From assembly GCA_000004985.1 (NCBI GenBank), contig GG738847.1: a stretch of 64,000 bases of DNA. One strand, written 5' to 3'. This document shows, piece after piece, positions 45,901-58,066 of this stretch. This DNA comes from Naegleria gruberi (lineage: Eukaryota). A program made the translations under genes and the position numbers. The notes under the pieces were generated by a model, which saw nothing but the letters and a program-made list of their open reading frames with translations, made no database searches and was not told where the DNA came from. Position 1 is the first letter of the stretch, and the number at the start of each line of letters is the position of its first letter.

Positions 45901-46332
45901 ACTAGTAGTATTTCAAGTGAATTGCTAGAACAAGAGGAATTAGTCAGTAGAATTGAGAGAATTGAAAATCTCTCCTCTGTTGTAGAAGAAACAAATAACA
46001 ATATAACTGAAGAACCAGTTTATACGAATGATACAAGCACTACTGAAGAACAAGAGGCTATCCTTCTTCAGGTTGATAAAATCAAATCCATTCTTGAAGA
46101 ATTTGATAATAATTGGACACCAGTATACGAATTTGAGAAGGAAAGAAGAAAAGCCTTGAAGGAACTCTTAGATCTCGAAGAAGATGTTTCCATCATGCAA
46201 GAGTATGCAACTGAATTGTCGCACCTAGAGAAGAGAGCAAAAACCTATTTGAAATTTAAGCGGGAAGAACTTCCAAAGCTTTTGAGTCAATTACATGATT
46301 GTCTACATTCTGTGTTGCCGCTTTCTGAATAA
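42950..46332 (+). CDS. sfi1: Sfi1-like centrin-binding repeat protein (repeated ...F/LxxW[KR] units: HWKWFARKG, FQHWKRRKEE, YFNQWLTQL, FRHWK, FQYWFGI, ARHWLYI). It has multiple exons with introns at about 44058-44101 and 44527-44572, and two more between about 44735 and 44912.
   Basis: ORFs 42950..44062, 44095..44535 and 44965..46332 link through GTTAGT/GTATGT/GTAAGT...AG introns. The repeat periodicity resembles Sfi1. The family assignment is moderately confident. Confidence 0.55.
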
Positions 46333-46353
46333 AAAAAAATAGCCTTAATCATC

Positions 46354-48952
46354 ATGCTCAATCAACCACTCAACCCACAAGATTCATTTTTGAGTCGATC
46401 AACCTCGGGTAAAATTATGAGAACGCCAAGTCGATCAAAGAGAACATCAACAACTCCTCTTTCTTCATCAACTAGTACTCCAAGGAGAGGAAATCAAGAG
46501 GCTAAAGGTGCTACATCATCCACAGCTGTTAATATTGTTGCTATTTTGGACAACCCGGCAAGAGATGTAGGCTTTGCTGTTTTCAATATGAGAACGAATT
46601 CAATCTTCCTCACTCAGTACAATGAAGGATCAAGCTACATCAACACTTGTAATATGTTGAAAGTGTATGAACCATCCGAAGTACTTTTTCCTAAATCTTT
46701 GTTTGATTCGAAACTAGCCTCTATCGTCAAGCAAGAATTAGAATCTAATGCTGATAATCAAAATAGTGCTGCAAAGGCTAAGGTAACCTTCATTGCTAGA
46801 AAACTCTTCAATGAGAATAAGGGAGTTGAAATAATAGACACCCTAATGATGGATGATAATGCTTCTATCAAATCCGATACAATTGCCAAATATTTGAGTG
46901 TTAGTTCCCTCTCTGCTGTTGTTCAATATGTTGAATTCATTCAAGAGTTAACATTTCAACCAAGAAGTCTCCGAATTAATTATGTTGCTTGTGATGGACA
47001 TTTAATGCTTGACTCTGCCAGTATTTCTTCCCTTGAAATTGTTAGAAGCCTCAAATATGGAAACTCTCATTGTACACTACTCTCACATATTGATAATACT
47101 AAGACACCAATGGGAAAGAGAATCATTAGATCAAATATTCTTCAACCATTGCTTGATGTTAATTCTCTCAATGCCAGATTAGACAGCACTGAGGAGATAT
47201 TGTCCAAGGAGAAAGAGTTTTTCGAAATTGGAGCTCTCCTTGCAGAGTTTAGTTCCATTGATCTGAGTCATCTATTAACTCAATTCACTCACACCAGAAA
47301 GAATGCGAGAGGTTCTTGCCACACTCTTGTACTCAATATTATTAGCTTGAGGAAGATGTTGAGTAAACTCCCCAAACTAGAAAGTTGCATGAGAGAGTAT
47401 AATACTCCAATCCTCCAAGCAATTTGTAGTGCTCTCAAATTCCCTGAAAATGAATCTCTTCAAGAAGAAATGGACGAGATAATCAATGAGAAAAGCATTC
47501 TTAGTTGTAAAAACAAACAGCAACAAATTATCTTTGCAGTAGCTCCTGAAATTGATGCTCTGTTGGATATTGGAAGAAAGAAATACATTGAGACTGTTGA
47601 AGAAATCCACGAACATCACAAGCATTGCCAATCAGAGGCAGGAATTTCCTCTCTCAAGTTAAAATACAATGTAAGAAGAGGATATCATTTTAGCATTGAA
47701 GGTAATTATACATTTCTAAATTGATTCTTAACATTTCAAAGATAAAAATGGAGAGTCACACAAAATGTTCATTCAAAAGTCAAAGAAAGGAAAACAAACT
47801 CACTGCTCCACCCAAGAATTGAACTCCCTTAATGTTAGATTGAAGGAAATTATTGATGAAATCTACCTAATGACAGATTTGGTTGTGAATAGACTTGTAG
47901 AATCCATTAGAAATCATTTGAGTCAACTTTACAAGCTGAGTGAGTCCATTGGATTATTAGATATGCTTTATAGCTTTGCCACCTTAGTTACTCTATCCAA
48001 CAATTACGTGAGACCAGAGTTTTGTAGCGAGGGACCAATAGCCATCAAACAAGGAAGACATCCTGTCATGGAGAAGCAACTTCAAGGCCAATATGTTCCT
48101 AATGATACCTTTATGGCCGAATCATGCAACTTTCAAATAATAACTGGAGCCAACATGAGCGGCAAGAGCACATATCTTAAACAAATAGCCACTATTCAGA
48201 TACTAGCTCAAATTGGAAGCTTTGTTCCATGTGCTTTTTGCAATTTAAGAATTTGTGATAGAGTATTCACCAGAATTGGTAATAATGATAGTATTGAGAG
48301 CAATAGCAGTACATTCATGGTAGAAATGGTATGTTACCAATTGTTTTAAACTTTTAAATCTTATCTATCATTTAGAAAGAGGTAACCAATATTGTTCAAA
48401 ATGCAACAAACAAAAGTCTAATAATTATTGACGAACTAGGAAGAAGTTCAAGTAATATTGAGGGAACTTCAATTGCTTGGAGTATTGCAGAACATTTGAG
48501 TGTAAGTTTTACAAATTCAGCTTCATTCTTAGTTATTAAATTAGTCAATCAGAGCCTATTCTCTCTTTGCAACACATTACACAGAATTGAGTGATTTGGA
48601 GAGCTTGTATCCAAATATTAAAAATTCACATCTCAGAGTAACAACCACACAAGACGGTGAATTAAACTACTTGTATCAAATCCAACCTGGTAACTGTAGT
48701 GAAGACAGATATGGTATTAAGCTTGCAAAAATGCTTGGTCTCTCTTCCAAGATTATCACTGAAAGTGAGCATATTCTCGATGAATTACTCCAGCAAAAGC
48801 AAAAACCTCAAAGAAATACTGAGGATATTAAGCAAAGAAAAATAGTATTTAGTATTGCATCTAAATTAATTGCCCATTCTGATGCAGGAATTGACAGTTT
48901 CAAAGAAATAGTACAGAAATTACAATCAACTATAAATGTTCAACAAAATTAG
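46354..48952 (+). CDS. msh4: MutS homolog 4 (MSH4), meiosis-specific and lacking the mismatch-binding domain I. Four exons lie at about 46354-47701, 47742-48328, 48376-48501 and 48545-48952.
   Basis: TPMGKRIIRSNILQPL (MutS domain III), ANMSGKSTYLKQIATIQILAQIGSFVP...NSSTFMVEM (Walker A region, very close to MSH4), FATHYTEL...LYPNIKNSHL. Canonical introns. Confidence 0.8.
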
Positions 48953-50078
48953 GAATCAAATTTTTGGAACATTTGTGAACAAAACTCGAAACTGCCCAAA
49001 GTTAACACTGCAGCAGGTACAACTCTCACTAAATTAGCTCCCATTCCACGATAAAATCCTCTATATCCTTCTTCATGCCAAATTCTGTAAATAGCATCCC
49101 TCATTCCTTTATATGGTTCATAATTAGCTCCTGTTTGAATATTTTTACCATGTCCATGATCTTGTAATCTAGATCTCAACACTTCGTGAGGATATGCAAT
49201 CATACTGGCTATAATCTTACTAACAGAACTGGCTATTAAAATATCAACTGTTGAATTATGTCTCTTATCATGATCTTTCAATAATCTTTTCAAATATTCT
49301 ATTCAAATATAATCATTAGATAATTGTTGATTGAATGAAACAAAAACATACCATAAGTTGGGAATTGTACACCAACGTGAATTAAACCAAATAATGAAGG
49401 AGCTAATCCTCTATATAAACCTCTAATGCCTTCAGTTTTGAAAATTTCACTCAAGGCATGAAAAGTTCCAGTATATTTCTTTTCTACTTGTGTTTGCATT
49501 CTAGTTTTTACAACCCACATAGGTGATGTTATGAATGAAGTAATAAATCCACTGAGCATCGAACTAAAAACGTGATTTAAATGTACATGATTTGAAAGTA
49601 AAGCACTCTTTCCGAATGACTCTTTAAAATGTTCATATGATGTAAAGTAAATTGCCCAATTCGGAACATATCCCAATAAATTTGTTCCTAATCCTTTGTA
49701 TAAACTTGTAATTCCTTCGTGTTTGATCATGTGTTTCATTGTTCCTAAAATTCCTTTCGATTTTTGATATTTTGGTATATGCTGATTAGATAAGTGAGTA
49801 TAGTGAGTTGGTATTTTGACAGGAATTCTTTGAATGATTAAACGTGTTTTAACTACATCGAGAGGTGCCAATACTATGGTTGATATTACACCTGACATAC
49901 TTCCAGCCAATGCATTAACCATCTTTTGATGATGAGCAGAATTTGTATTCGGAAGGGTTGATAAAAGTAAATTTGTAATTGATGATGAAGAAGATGACAA
50001 TGGTAATGAATCATTCATATCACCAATAGCTGCTTGTTGCTGCTGTTCACTGCTACTACTTGTTGATGATGGATTCAT
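48949..50078 (-). CDS. Mitochondrial carrier family (SLC25) protein of the Rim2/pyrimidine-nucleotide-carrier type. Two exons lie at about 49352-50078 and 48949-49298, with a 53-nt intron.
   Basis: Three carrier signatures PLDVVKTRL, PMWVVKTRMQ and YPHEVLRSRLQ. The intron is GTATGT...AATAG. Confidence 0.8.
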
Positions 50079-50662
50079 TTTTCTTATTATTATTGATGAT
50101 ATTAAAATATTAATGATGATGAACTGTTAATGATGACAATGATGATAATGGTAATGGTGGAAGAATCTTAGGGTTAGACTGTGCTATTGTATTGAAGAGA
50201 GAGAAGGTTCGAGAGATTGTGGCTATCTATGAATAGCAGATTTATATCAAATATTGGCCGACAACCTAGAAGTTTAATTAATATCAAGGCTACCTCAAGA
50301 ATCCTTCAATTTTTTTCAGTGTTTTATATTAATCCAAACATTCAAAAAGAATCCTTTTAATATGTTGATGAGAGAATTGTTTTTTACAAGTTCAAAATTG
50401 ATTAGAGAAGTAAATTGATTAATCATGATTTCAATTAAATCCTCACTGAAATGACAACGATCCGAGATTATATTCATCACCATCACCATCTATTTATCAT
50501 CAGTATCAGTAAGGATTTAATTGTAATGTGGTGATTAATTTTCATTCATACCCAATCATATCCGAAAGAGGAGGATTTTCTTCATGTATCAATTAGGCCC
50601 ACTAATAAAAATCTTCTCTCCGAATTAATTCGATACAGTAACAGTTATTAATAATTAAAAAA

Positions 50663-53600
50663 ATGAACGGAGTTGTCGATTCCAAAAATCATCAACATAC
50701 TCTCACCCCTCCATCGACCAATAATAACAATAATACGATCAATAATAATAATAATAATAATGGAAAGAAAAGATCGGATAGTTTAAATAGTACCACTTCA
50801 TCAATTTTATTTGATCATGACAAGCCTAAATTTATTGAATTTACAACAAGTACTCCGAGTGGACCGATTAATATTTCTTCATTCATTTCAAAGATTTTTC
50901 ATAATACAACAACAACAAATCAACAAGCTAATAATACATCATCTAATTTATTAAATAATCATCATAGTAATTTATTAAATTCTGATTTAACTAATGATCA
51001 CTCTGATAATTATTACTTTTATGAAAATCCTACCAATCAAGCAGTTTCACTTTTTGTTAGTGGTAATAAATTGAAATTGAATGAAAATATTAAAATTAAA
51101 CAAAAGATTTTAAATAGAGAAGATATAACTGATACTGAAAATATTGAAGTTAATCAATTACATTTAACAAGAAGAGAGAAACCAACATTACATGCCACTA
51201 GTCATAATAATGCTAATCAACATTTAAATTCTTCTCAAGAATTTCAAAACAAGACACTTGATATTCAACATATTGATAATTTAATTAGTAAGAAGAAGAG
51301 ATCATTCTCAATTACAAAGAATAGCTCAAATGTTATTGAAACTGAAAATGATACTTCCTATTCTGGATTTTCACTTGTTAATAAGAAGGAACTTTTGAAA
51401 ATGGAAAACAGAGTTGATTTACAAGCAAGTAGACATAATAGTACTGATTCTTTACTTTCCAGATCAAAATCACATCCAGAATTGTATAAATTTATAAGTC
51501 AAAACAATAGCTCAGATGAAATTGTAAACTCTGATAATAATAATAATGGATCAGCTCCACAATCACCAAGTAATGCTCTTCAACAACAACAACCTTCATC
51601 TCCAGGTACACCAAATAATCTTCCAAATTCATCATCAACTGGTTCTGGTTTTCAATCAGGTACTGCTGATTCCTATCATTCACCAACAAATGATTCTCAA
51701 AGTATTGGTGTTATGAGTCCTTCCATCATGACATCACCTTCTCATCATTACCATTATCAACAACAATTACATCAAAATCAACAACAACAACAATTCAATT
51801 CCTATTCAACCCCACCTACCACACCCTCACGTGAAAATACCTTTAAACAATTTCTCAGTAATACACTCCAAAAGAAGAATCATTCAAAACAATTTTGGAT
51901 GCCAGATGATCGTGTCACTAATTGTTATGAATGTTTAACACCATTTAGTGTTTTTAAGAGAAAACACCATTGTAGAATTTGTGGACAAATATTTTGTTGG
52001 AAATGTTCTGATTATTTCATTGATGGTAAAAAGTTTGGTTTATCCTCTAAAGTTAGAGTTTGCATTTATTGTTACAATTTAATGAAGAAAGATAGTGGTG
52101 ATTCTAATTTAACTGATTATCCTAATCAATCAAATAAGATTGTTGACACGACTGTTGCTTCATCCGGTTCAAATTTACTAAATTCTCAAAGAACAACATT
52201 TTCATCCATGTTTACATCGAGTGTTGCTGAGGATTTTGATGCATCACAACAATTTAATGATCCAATTGATGAGGAGGGAGATCGAGTGGATGGTCTTTCC
52301 AATTTAATGGATGGAATGGATGGTGGAGCTGGTGCTGGTGGTGCCAATTCTGCTGAGGAAGATTCAGAAGATTCAGAGGATGAAATGATTTATCAACATC
52401 CTCAAGCAACTACCACTATTTTTGATGATAATATGGCTAATTCTGACATGTTTAATGGAAATGCTCAACAAACTGTTGATAATGAAACAGTTCCATTCAA
52501 AATTATTTCAGGAGAAGAATTTGAACAAGGTTTTGATGAACATTTGAATTCCATTGAAGAATCATCACAAGTACATTTGAAGAATATTGTTCTCCAATTA
52601 ATTCAGAAAGAAAATGAGCAACATAATCAAATTATTGATAAGAAATGGGAAGAAGTTATTGTTGGTCTTGCTTTAAGAACTGTTAACACTGTAAATCCAA
52701 ATATGATAAGGGGTGATAAGATGGATATTACCAATTATGTTAAAATCAAAAAAGTATTGGGAAGTAATTTATCGAAGAGTGAATACATTGATGGAGGTGT
52801 TGTTTTTACAAAGAATATTATTCACAAAAAGATGAGAAATAATTTAACCAATCCAAAACTCTTAATGTTAACCTGTCCAATTTCATATCAATATCACAAA
52901 GCTGATACATTGATTGCATCGATGGATATTTTAATAAGTCAAGAGGAAGAATTCTTAAAACTTTTAGTTGAAAGAATTGCTGAAAAGAAACCTGATTTGG
53001 TATTGTGTGAGAAATCTGTGAGTAGACATGCTAAGGAATTATTATTAGCGAAGGGAATTTCTGTTGCTGTTAATGTTAAAAGAAGAGTTTTAGAAAGAAT
53101 TTCAAGATGTAGTGGTTATCCAATTCTATCTTCAATTGATGAATACAACTCTGCAACTCATCAACAATTAGAACCATCTCTACAACATGTTAATCATGCC
53201 TATGTTAAAAGAATTGGTGATAAGAATTTGTTTATTATTTGTGGAAGTCAAACAGATGCTCAATGTACCATTGTTTTGAGAGGAGAAAATGAAAAGGAAT
53301 TGGACCTTGTTAAAAAGATTTTCAAGTTTGCTATTTATGTTGCTTACAATCTCAAATTGGAAACTGAATTCTTCTTTGATCAATGTGGTACTTTATTAGA
53401 TACAAACCAAGATGAAGACACAACTAACAAACCATTCATATTATCTGCCTCTCCTCATGTTAAATTCCCATTGAAAATTCAAGATTTGGATTTGGGTAAA
53501 TGGAACATTTCATCAAATTTGATTTTACAAAAGAATCAAGAAGAATGTACAGAATTGGAATCATCAATGTTTGAAAAACTCCTAACACCATATGCTCACC

Positions 53601-56147
53601 AAAACATCATTGTTCTATTCACAAAACATCCTAAAATTGATCCAAAAGTTATTTCCAACATTGAAAATCCATCAATTTCACCTCCAGAAACTATTGTCAT
53701 TGCATATTACACTGAAAATGATATGCCATTAGGAAAGTTTCTTGAACTCAGATGTTTTAATAAGGCCAATTTGGCAAATTATTTGAATACTATCCGAATC
53801 TATACTCATAATGAAGGTAAAATAACTTTAACCATTGAAAAGTCATCAGAAATAATTTCCTCCTCAGATGAAGGTATTGCCATGTGGAATTATTGTAAAA
53901 TTTGTGAAAGACACGTTACACCTGTTATTCCAATGTCCGAAAGTGCCTACAAGTATTCATTTGGTAAATTCCTTGAATCAACATTTTATAATCATTCATT
54001 GAAATGTAGAACAGGAGGTTGTAATCACTCAGTTCATCATGATCATATTAGATATTTTGCCTATAATGATATTATTGCCAAGTTTGAATACAAACCTGTG
54101 AGTGTATATAATTTAGTGTTCCCAGGAAATCAAATTACCTATGATAGTAATCAACAACGTAATCAATTCTTGATTCTTATTCAAAATGTCACTGATGCTT
54201 GTCAGATTTTATTTAATGATTTTAATCAACTCGTAAATGAAATCTCTTGTAATTATTCAGTATTGACACAGGAACAAATCACTCAAGTTACTGAACTTGG
54301 AGAACAAATCAAAACACAACAATCTTCACTGTGGACAACATTAGAAGCCATTTCACAAACCAAAGAAAATATTTACACTTTGAATGATTTTATTAGAAAT
54401 GTTTACATTTCCTCATTGGGATGGAATGATATGATTATTGAAATGTTTTCCAAGTTTGGAATGCTCAAAAACAATGGTAAATCTTCAACCTCAATCAATA
54501 ATAATACTTCATCCATTCCAAATGCATCTTCATTAACTAGTAGTTGTATAAAGAAGAAGGAAACAAAGATTTCTGTTCAATTAACAGTTGATGAAAATAG
54601 AATCAAAGTAATACTTGAAGAGATTGAATGTGGTGTCAATGTACCATTACTTAATTTAGATAATGTTGAAACAATGAGTACAAGTAGTAGTTCAAATGGT
54701 AGTAGTATGGTTAATAGTAATAGTCTTGGTAATTTTACCACTAGTACTGGTTTATCACTTGATACTAAAATTGTTTCTCCGAGAGGAGCTGATACAGATG
54801 GAGAGTTGGTTTCACCAATTTCAACCTCAAGAAAATCATTTAATATTTTCACATTCAAGAATCAAAACAAACAATCTTCAATCTTTGATCAATTACAACT
54901 TAAACCAGTGAAATTACCAAATATTATTGATAATGTTTCAGCTCACATGTTTTTACCATCAGGTTCTAATGATGCCAATGTAATTGTTTACAATGATGAA
55001 CCATCTACTATTATTTCCTATACATTGAGTTCAAATGATTATTACAAATTCCTTCCTTCAAAAGATGATATTGATATTGAATTAGTTTTAAAATCAAAAG
55101 ATAAGAATCACTACAAGTTTTGTAAGTATATTTAACATCAAGTAGTATTAATTATCTACTTAGCATTCTATGATACACCAAATTCAACTTCCAGTAACAA
55201 GGTAACACTTATTAATGGTGCTGAATTACCATCCAATACTGCAATAGCTTCAAATCCAATATCTGCAGGTAGATCTAAGAATAAGACCAAGTTCAGTTGC
55301 ACTTGCTTCTTTTCTAATCAATTTTCTGCTTTAAGAAAAGCCTATTGTAATGGTGATGATTCATTTATTCATTCACTTGCTAGATGTGTCAAGTGGACAC
55401 CAACAGGTGGTAAAAAGGGTTCATTTACCATGTCTTGGGATTCTAGATTTGTGTTAAAAGAAGTTTCCCGAGTTGAATTGTTATCATTCTTAGAAATTGG
55501 ACATTCCTACTTTGAATATGTTGCCAGTTCTTTATATCATGAATTACCAATTGTTTTAGTTAAAATATTGGGAGTTTTTAGATTGAGTTACCATGATAAT
55601 AAGGGTAAACCAATCAAGAAAGATGTGATTGTTATGGATAATTTATTCTACAATAGAAATATATCAAAGAGATTTGATTTGAAAGGTTCTACAAGAAATA
55701 GATATCAAAAAACAGAAGGAGCCACATTGATGGATGAGAATTTACTCGAATGTAAGTTTTAAATTTTCATTTAATTTCTAATAATATGTCAATACAGTTA
55801 TTTGTAATGGATCTCCTCTCATAACAAGAGAAGCATTCAAGTCAATTTTGACAATTAGTGTATTCAATGATACCCTATTCCTTAGCAAGCATAATGTCAT
55901 GGACTATAGTTTACTAGTTGGTATAGATGAAGAGAATGGGGATATTATCCTTGGTATTATTGACTATGTGAGACAATACACGTGGGATAAGCATTTTGAG
56001 ACTTGGGTCAAATCTGCTGGTATTATTAGTAATAAGGGTAAGGTTCCAACTGTTATTTCACCAAAACACTACAAGACAAGATTCAGGGAAGCAATGCAAA
56101 GGTATATTGTTGCTACATGCAGCAAATTAACAGGTTTATTGAGTTAA
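50663..56147 (+). CDS. pikfyve: 1-phosphatidylinositol-3-phosphate 5-kinase (PIKfyve/Fab1) with a FYVE finger, a chaperonin-like CCT domain and a C-terminal PIPK kinase domain. Three exons lie at about 50663-55121, 55164-55751 and 55797-56147.
   Basis: FYVE motif WMPDDRVTNCYECLTPFSVFKRKHHCRICGQIFC. PIPK motifs GKKGSFTMSWDSRFVLKEV, MDNLFYNRNISKRFDLKGS and MDYSLLVGIDEENGDIILGIIDYVRQYTWDK. The introns are GTAAGT...TAG/CAG. Confidence 0.9.
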
Positions 56148-56232
56148 ACTCCAAAATTCCAAATTAGCACTCACTGAACCAGCAATAAAACAATTCTCTG
56201 CAAAATGTTATTTAAGATTACTATTAAAATTC

Positions 56233-57248
56233 TTAGTACTTACCCTTTGGATGATAATCTATTGAGACAACTGGTGTAGAATCTGAGTCAATCTTTGGTA
56301 TTTTGCAAGATTGCTCATTTTCTAAATTCCATTCAAAAATATTTCCATTCTCATCTCCACTCAACAAATATCTATCATCATTCGAAATAGTATGCTTAAT
56401 TTGATACTTTTCGTTAGTATGTCCTGTTAATGTCCTAAGGATATTCCCACTTTCAATCTCAATCATTAATATTGTAGAATTCAGCAAACTGCAACAATAG
56501 GTCTTGTAATTTTTACTTATTGAAACATGACCAACTGATGCTCCTCCTAAATCGTCCACTTTCAATTTACCCATACGAATGTCATAAATATGAACTGTTC
56601 CATCAACACATCCAGCAATAATACTCGAATCTGAGCTAGTAATACTCGAAACACTATCTTGAAAATCTCCCAAATTTTGCACAGATTTATATGAAGCAGA
56701 TCTGACATCCCATACTTTCAAAGTTCTGTCATATGATCCTGACATGATTATTTCATTATTAAAATTATATTTTACACAATTCACTTTCTATAAAGAATAA
56801 ATTTCCAAATAAAAATCCAAATATATTACATACTCCTTTATGTTCCTTAAATCTCCTCTTCACTTCACCTGTTGAAACATCCCATAAAAATACATTTTTA
56901 TCAGCGCTTGCACTCACAAAATAATTATTATCGTTCGATCTGAAATAAATCATATATTTTACATATTTGAAATCCTATATATTTTACATACATATCAATA
57001 TCAAATACTTCATATCCGTGAGATTTATATTCCTTCAACACAAAAAATGATTTATATGGATTTAATAATTTAATATTCTTATCTGCACCAGCACTCATAC
57101 AATATTGACCATTTCCTTTACTAAATTGACAATGAAGAACAGATCCATTATGTTTCTTTTTTGATATATCCACTCCTGATTGTAATAAATTATTTAAAGA
57201 GCATTCAATTTGATAATTCCGATTATTGGTTGAATTTTGTAGGCTCAT
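56233..57248 (-). CDS. wdr83: WD repeat protein WDR83/MORG1 homolog. Three exons lie at about 56992-57248, 56833-56939 and 56233-56786, with ~50-nt introns.
   Basis: Collinear with MORG1: HGYEVFDIDI..., ASADKNVFLWDVSTGEVKRRFKEH, SGSYDRTLKVWDVRS, IIAGCVDGTVHIYDIRMGKL. GTATGT donors. Confidence 0.75.
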
Positions 57249-57409
57249 CGTGGATGTTGCTAGTAGAGACGTTGAGTTATTTTTTTTAATTATTTGATAA
57301 TTAAATAATTATAAATGGTTGAGTGAGTGAAAATTAATTTTTACTTCACATTCAATTTACAATTCCAATATTATGAGCTTAATATTTTAAATTATTAAGA
57401 ATATATTTA

Positions 57410-57937
57410 TTATTCAGTCTTTTTTTCAGCTTGTTTTTCCAATCTTAATGCTCTAATATTTCTCAAATGTACAGCATATAAAGCAAGAGCAATGAAATTA
57501 CCAACGAGAGCAAAATAATAAATCTTATTATGAAGAGATTGTTGAGAGTATGGTTTTAAAACGAGACCAAATAAAATCAACCAAACGGATAGAGCAACAT
57601 GAGTCCACAAGGTTAATGTTCTATTTCTTGTTGCGAAAAAGACAATCAGTAAAATTAGAGCACTTGAAAGTAAAAAGCAAAGAGCAGAGAATTGATATTG
57701 TGCTGTAAGTAATTGTTTAACAATTTGTGAAGCTTGTTTTGGATCGGAGAAGGAATCTGATTTTAATGATGATAAAAATTGATCCATAGATAAATTTGAA
57801 GAACCTAATAATGCATTATTACTATTATTATCAATTGTCCAAGGAGCATCATTAACATAATACATCCAACTCAATAAACATCCAATAGCTGCTAATAAAT
57901 AAATAATCAATGATGAAGTAAATGTTAAGAAACGCAT
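57410..57937 (-). CDS. Hypothetical small membrane protein of about 175 aa with 4 predicted hydrophobic helices.
   Basis: ORF with four 20-aa hydrophobic stretches. No homology recognised. Confidence 0.4.
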   Translation of the reverse strand: MRFLTFTSSLIIYLLAAIGCLLSWMYYVNDAPWTIDNNSNNALLGSSNLSMDQFLSSLKSDSFSDPKQASQIVKQLLTAQYQFSALCFLLSSALILLIVFFATRNRTLTLWTHVALSVWLILFGLVLKPYSQQSLHNKIYYFALVGNFIALALYAVHLRNIRALRLEKQAEKKTE

Positions 57938-58066
57938 TTTTTTAAAGTTTTTAAAAGAAATATCAGAGTTATTCTTAATCTACAGCTCAACTACTACACA
58001 GACATATTTAATAATAATTATCATTGAGATTTGAATAAATAATTTTTATATATTTTTATTTTTTTG

